The notes beneath the pieces were generated by a model. It made no database searches and was not told where the DNA came from. It saw only the letters and a list, made by a program, of their open reading frames with translations. This document shows positions 60,271 through 64,000 of a DNA stretch of 64,000 nt, in pieces. A program made the translations under genes and the position numbers. This DNA is from a bacterium. Its GTDB lineage: Bacteria > Zhuqueibacterota > Zhuqueibacteria > Residuimicrobiales > Krinioviventaceae. Within the stretch, counting starts at the first letter, position 1. Each line of letters opens with the position of its first letter. The stretch covers positions 3,904,001 to 3,968,000 of the forward strand of contig OY843751.1 in NCBI GenBank assembly GCA_963693055.1. Reading direction: 5' to 3'.

Positions 60271-60621
60271 ATAAATTGATCTGGTTCCCAGGCTCTGACT
60301 GGTGACCTTGAGAGAAAACACAGAGGAAGCAGAGACAGCGCAAAGAGCGCAATGAAAAACAAATCCTCCTAAAAAAGGATTGAAACGAAATTTACATTAT
60401 AAATGCAATCAATGGATTCGAAAAAACAATCAATCCAGCTATGAACTTTCTCCCTCTGCGTTCTGTTAACTTGCGTTCTTTGCGTTTTGCTTTTGAATGC
60501 ATGGAATCCGCAATACAGCATACAAATCCTTCCCAAATGTATAAATCAAAAAATATCATTTTTCCCTTGCATTGCATCCAACTCCTCAATATCTTGAAAT
60601 AACCAACCCGGAGGAGTTATT

Positions 60622-61107
60622 ATGTCAAGATTTATCAGTTTTATTGTTATTTCTCTGTTCATCCTTCCCCTCAGTCTATTGGCAGCCGATAAAGGCACCG
60701 AGCTTTACGGAACCTGGCAAATAAACAAAGAAAAAAGCAATCTGCCCGCCGAGCAAATGTACATGAACAAAATCAAGATAAACATAATTAATGACAGCCT
60801 GTATACCACCCGTACGTATTACAACAGCTGGGAAGAATATCCCTTTGATGAAAAAGTCAAAATCGGTGGCCCGGAATATGAATTCTATGTCTATAATATG
60901 CCCAGAAAAGTCAAAGCGTATTGGTCAAATGACAACCTTTTGACAATAGAATCTATTACAACGTTTTATGGAGATAATGGAGAGTTTGATTTTATCAATA
61001 CAGAAACCTGGACTATTAATAACGATAATGATTTGACAATCAGCTTTAAAAACAACTCTCCCCGGGGAGACAGCACAGGTACCTGGTTTTATCAAAAAAC
61101 GCAATGA
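60622..61107 (+). CDS. Secreted beta-barrel (lipocalin-like) hypothetical protein
   Basis: GGAGGAG RBS, signal peptide, GTWQINKEKS. Confidence 0.65.
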   Translation: MSRFISFIVISLFILPLSLLAADKGTELYGTWQINKEKSNLPAEQMYMNKIKINIINDSLYTTRTYYNSWEEYPFDEKVKIGGPEYEFYVYNMPRKVKAYWSNDNLLTIESITTFYGDNGEFDFINTETWTINNDNDLTISFKNNSPRGDSTGTWFYQKTQ

Positions 61108-61174
61108 GAATTTATATTGGAACCCGGGTCTGTTTATGTTTATTAAATAAAACAGATAAACCGCGGAGTTAAAA

Positions 61175-61942
61175 ATGCGAAAAAAAATAATAACATCAAG
61201 TTTGCTGCTCTTTTTCATCATAACAGCAGCCTGGGGGCAGAAATTTACTGTGGAAGCAGTATCTAACGAAACAGCAGATGCACTGGATATTGAAGCCGTT
61301 GCAGACCTGTTTGCCGAAACCGAAAGTCTGGAAGCTTTTGAACTGGCCCTGAATGATACCGACAAAGGTATTAACAACCTGGATCTGGACGATGACGGGT
61401 ATGTGGATTATCTTGTAGTCAATGAAGAGGTAAATGACAACACCCACCTTGTAGTAATACAAGCGCTATTGGGAGAGAATGAAATTCAGGATGTTGCAGT
61501 CATTGAAATTGAACAAACCGGTGAAAATGAATACAACATGTATGTACAGGGCGATGAAACCCTGTACGGGCCCGATTTCTATTACATCCCGGCGACCACA
61601 CATATTTACACGTGGCCAATCGTAATCAGATTGTACAGACCGGCATATAAACCATATCGCACAGTTTATTATTATGGACATTATCACCCCACCTGGCATG
61701 CACGTAAACCTGTCCCGGCCAAAGCTTATCATATGAAAACAGCAAAAATAAAAAGGCATGTATTTGTAAGACACAATGCCAAGGTCATTCATACTAATAA
61801 AATCAAACGTGAGGTCAAAAGATCGGAAAGAGTTAAAACGCGGAAAACAGTCCGGGCTGAAAAACCGGTAAAAACAAGAACCAAATCAACTCCCAAATCA
61901 CACTCCACACCTCAAAAACAACGTGATACCAACAGACGATAA
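61175..61942 (+). CDS. Secreted hypothetical protein with EF-hand-like loop and basic tail
   Basis: Signal peptide; NNLDLDDDGYVDY; K/R-rich C-terminus. Confidence 0.65.
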   Translation: MRKKIITSSLLLFFIITAAWGQKFTVEAVSNETADALDIEAVADLFAETESLEAFELALNDTDKGINNLDLDDDGYVDYLVVNEEVNDNTHLVVIQALLGENEIQDVAVIEIEQTGENEYNMYVQGDETLYGPDFYYIPATTHIYTWPIVIRLYRPAYKPYRTVYYYGHYHPTWHARKPVPAKAYHMKTAKIKRHVFVRHNAKVIHTNKIKREVKRSERVKTRKTVRAEKPVKTRTKSTPKSHSTPQKQRDTNRR

Positions 61943-61960
61943 CCGGATTTCGTTATCAGA

Positions 61961-63598
61961 ATGCGCATTTTAAATCACAATATATTCCTGTTGCTGCTCT
62001 TCATGCTATCCACATTGCGGGCAGCAACATTTATCGTTGACACGCAACACCCTCAAGCGGACGATACAAATCCCGGCACGCTTTTACTTCCCTGGGCAAC
62101 GATTTCTCATGCTGTTGAAACCGCAATTGCAGGAGATTCGGTATTGATACGGACCGGCACCTATCACGAGCACATTGTCTTTGCGAACAGCGGCTCCTCA
62201 GAAAATGGTCCTATTGTTTATTCCGGATACAAGAACGAGATCCCTATTGTTGATGGTACTGATGTTCAGGAATCACAAAACGGCATTATAATTGACAAGG
62301 ATTATATTGTACTTCAGGGACTTGAAATCCAAAACTGGCAGGGCAACGGCATTTGGATCACTCATGCAGCAAACACAATACTGAATGACTGTGAGGTGCA
62401 TGATATAACGTTTGGTATAGGCGTGTCTGATGGATCACACGATTTTCAGTTCAACCGGGTTGAGGTGCACCATTTTACTTTTTACGGATTCGATGTCTCT
62501 CCTTCCGGCGGTGCGGACTGTTACAATGGCACATTCAACAACTGTATTGCGCACACCGGTAACGATCCCGAGCAGAATGTAGACGGATTCGCTTTGGGAC
62601 ATGGTTCTCAACACCATTTCACCTTTAACCACTGTATTACCTACAATGTATATGACGGATTTGATATCAGTTCAGCGCAATCCACGTTAAATGCATGCCT
62701 GGCTTATAACTGTGGCAATGGTTGCTATAAATTGTGGCAGGACCAGTTAGAGCTTGTCAACTGCATCGGATACAATGGCAATATCACTGTGGTAGAACTG
62801 GACTGGGACGGTGAACCAGGCAAGAGTTCGCTAACCAATTGCACTTTTTTCAACAGCGGCACATTTACCATTTGGATTGAAAACGCGGCAGACACCCTAA
62901 ATATGCACAATTGCATTGTTGCCGGTGGTGATAACATCGGGCTGGCATTTGAACAGCCGGGCATTGGCAATTATATTGGCGATTATAACCTGTTCCAGAA
63001 TGATAATCCCTCTCGCGCTATTGCCGTGGCGTATTCGGACGAGTTTAGTATCAGCCAGTTAGCAGATAGCTCCTGGAACAGCTATAGCGGTCAGGATGCC
63101 CATTCACTCACCACGGAAATGGATACCGATATATTTATGGCTCCGGCAGATAATAACCTGCATTTAGGTGCAAACTCTCCCGCTCTGGATAGCGGAACCT
63201 CTGTGGGTGCACCGGAAATCGATTTTGATGGAAAAGCTCGTCCCGTAGAAAACGGATACGATATGGGAGCATTCGAGTATGGCTTGTCAACCGGAATAAA
63301 AAATACAGAGAATACTACAGACCATTATAGCCTATTTGGTAATTATCCCAATCCTTTTAATGCGACTACACGGATCCAATTTAACCTGCCCAAGTCGGAA
63401 CAGGTACAATTGACCCTATACAACATTCGGGGCAACAAAATCAGAACGTTAATCAACAAGCAATTGACCGCCGGACAGCATACAATACAGTGGAATGGAC
63501 TGGACGATCAGGGGAACGCTGTTGCAAGCGGAATTTATTTCTGTAAACTCGAATGCGCCAATATGCAACAGGTTATCAGGATGATACTTGAAAAGTGA
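61961..63598 (+). CDS. Secreted right-handed beta-helix protein with FlgD-Ig/T9SS-type C-terminal domain
   Basis: PWATI..AGD..GTYHE, PbH1-like repeats, DMGAFE, NYPNPFN..WNGLD..SGIYF. Confidence 0.8.
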   Translation: MRILNHNIFLLLLFMLSTLRAATFIVDTQHPQADDTNPGTLLLPWATISHAVETAIAGDSVLIRTGTYHEHIVFANSGSSENGPIVYSGYKNEIPIVDGTDVQESQNGIIIDKDYIVLQGLEIQNWQGNGIWITHAANTILNDCEVHDITFGIGVSDGSHDFQFNRVEVHHFTFYGFDVSPSGGADCYNGTFNNCIAHTGNDPEQNVDGFALGHGSQHHFTFNHCITYNVYDGFDISSAQSTLNACLAYNCGNGCYKLWQDQLELVNCIGYNGNITVVELDWDGEPGKSSLTNCTFFNSGTFTIWIENAADTLNMHNCIVAGGDNIGLAFEQPGIGNYIGDYNLFQNDNPSRAIAVAYSDEFSISQLADSSWNSYSGQDAHSLTTEMDTDIFMAPADNNLHLGANSPALDSGTSVGAPEIDFDGKARPVENGYDMGAFEYGLSTGIKNTENTTDHYSLFGNYPNPFNATTRIQFNLPKSEQVQLTLYNIRGNKIRTLINKQLTAGQHTIQWNGLDDQGNAVASGIYFCKLECANMQQVIRMILEK

Positions 63599-63700
63599 GA
63601 TCATGCTGATAGCTAAAAGCTATCAGCTTTTAGCTAATTTCCAACTTACAGTTTTAATAACTTGTCATACTCATCAATCATTTTCATTATAAACTTGAAT

Positions 63701-63729
63701 AAAAAAAAGCCCGGCATCTCTACCGGGCT
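63701..63729 (-). terminator. Intrinsic terminator
   Basis: Minus strand AGCCCGG-loop-CCGGGCTTTTTTTT. Confidence 0.7.
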
Positions 63730-63773
63730 AATATAATTCTCTGATTACGGAGTACTGAAAACTGATCATCTGC

Positions 63774-64000
63774 CTACCATCTCAACGTATCTGTTTCTCC
63801 CAGCAACTCGTTCAAGCGTCTTTCAATAATCAGTGGCTTTTGTTCTTTGCGTTCCGAAACCATTTCACGGAGTTTGGTAAGTTCTTTTTCAAGACGTTCA
63901 ATTTTACGTTCCTTATCTGCTTCACGAAGTACAAACAGCTCGTTTAAAAGGCCCTGCAATTCCGAACGGATCTCTTTTTTGCGGGTATCGTCTTCACTTT
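63774..64000 (-). CDS. Coiled-coil hypothetical protein, 3' part (start outside window)
   Basis: Frame open to the window edge: ..KKEIRSELQGLLNELFVLRE..IIERRLNELLG..W*. Confidence 0.65.
   Translation of the reverse strand, partial: SEDDTRKKEIRSELQGLLNELFVLREADKERKIERLEKELTKLREMVSERKEQKPLIIERRLNELLGETDTLRW

Overview
Bacterial chromosomal window. C-terminal 'NYPNPFN' sorting domains, many secreted carbohydrate-active enzymes and the gene order suggest an FCB-group organism, perhaps KSB1/Calditrichota-like (inference). Bases 1-10.7 kb are a conserved minus-strand housekeeping block: tRNA-Gly/Cys/Leu/Val, thrS, infC (AUU start), rpmI, rplT, pheS, pheT, zapB-like, zapA, a possible 6S-like RNA, rny, ymdB, folD. 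The remaining ~53 kb is accessory: sugar dehydrogenases, a frameshifted SRPBCC gene plus vapBC, several glycoside hydrolases, tandem transglutaminase-like genes, a large degenerate ATPase next to an MscS channel, a duplicated MBOAT/SGNH cassette, an M16 peptidase pair, a heme-c chemoreceptor and a LytS/LytTR pair. The best-supported unusual system is a NorR-like sigma54 activator divergent from dps, with enhancer repeat, IHF site and -24/-12 promoter all visible. Intergenic DNA carries several families of REP-like palindromes and 7/9-mer periodic repeats. No CRISPR array, rRNA, integrase or intact transposase was seen. All family assignments come from motif recognition, not database searches.
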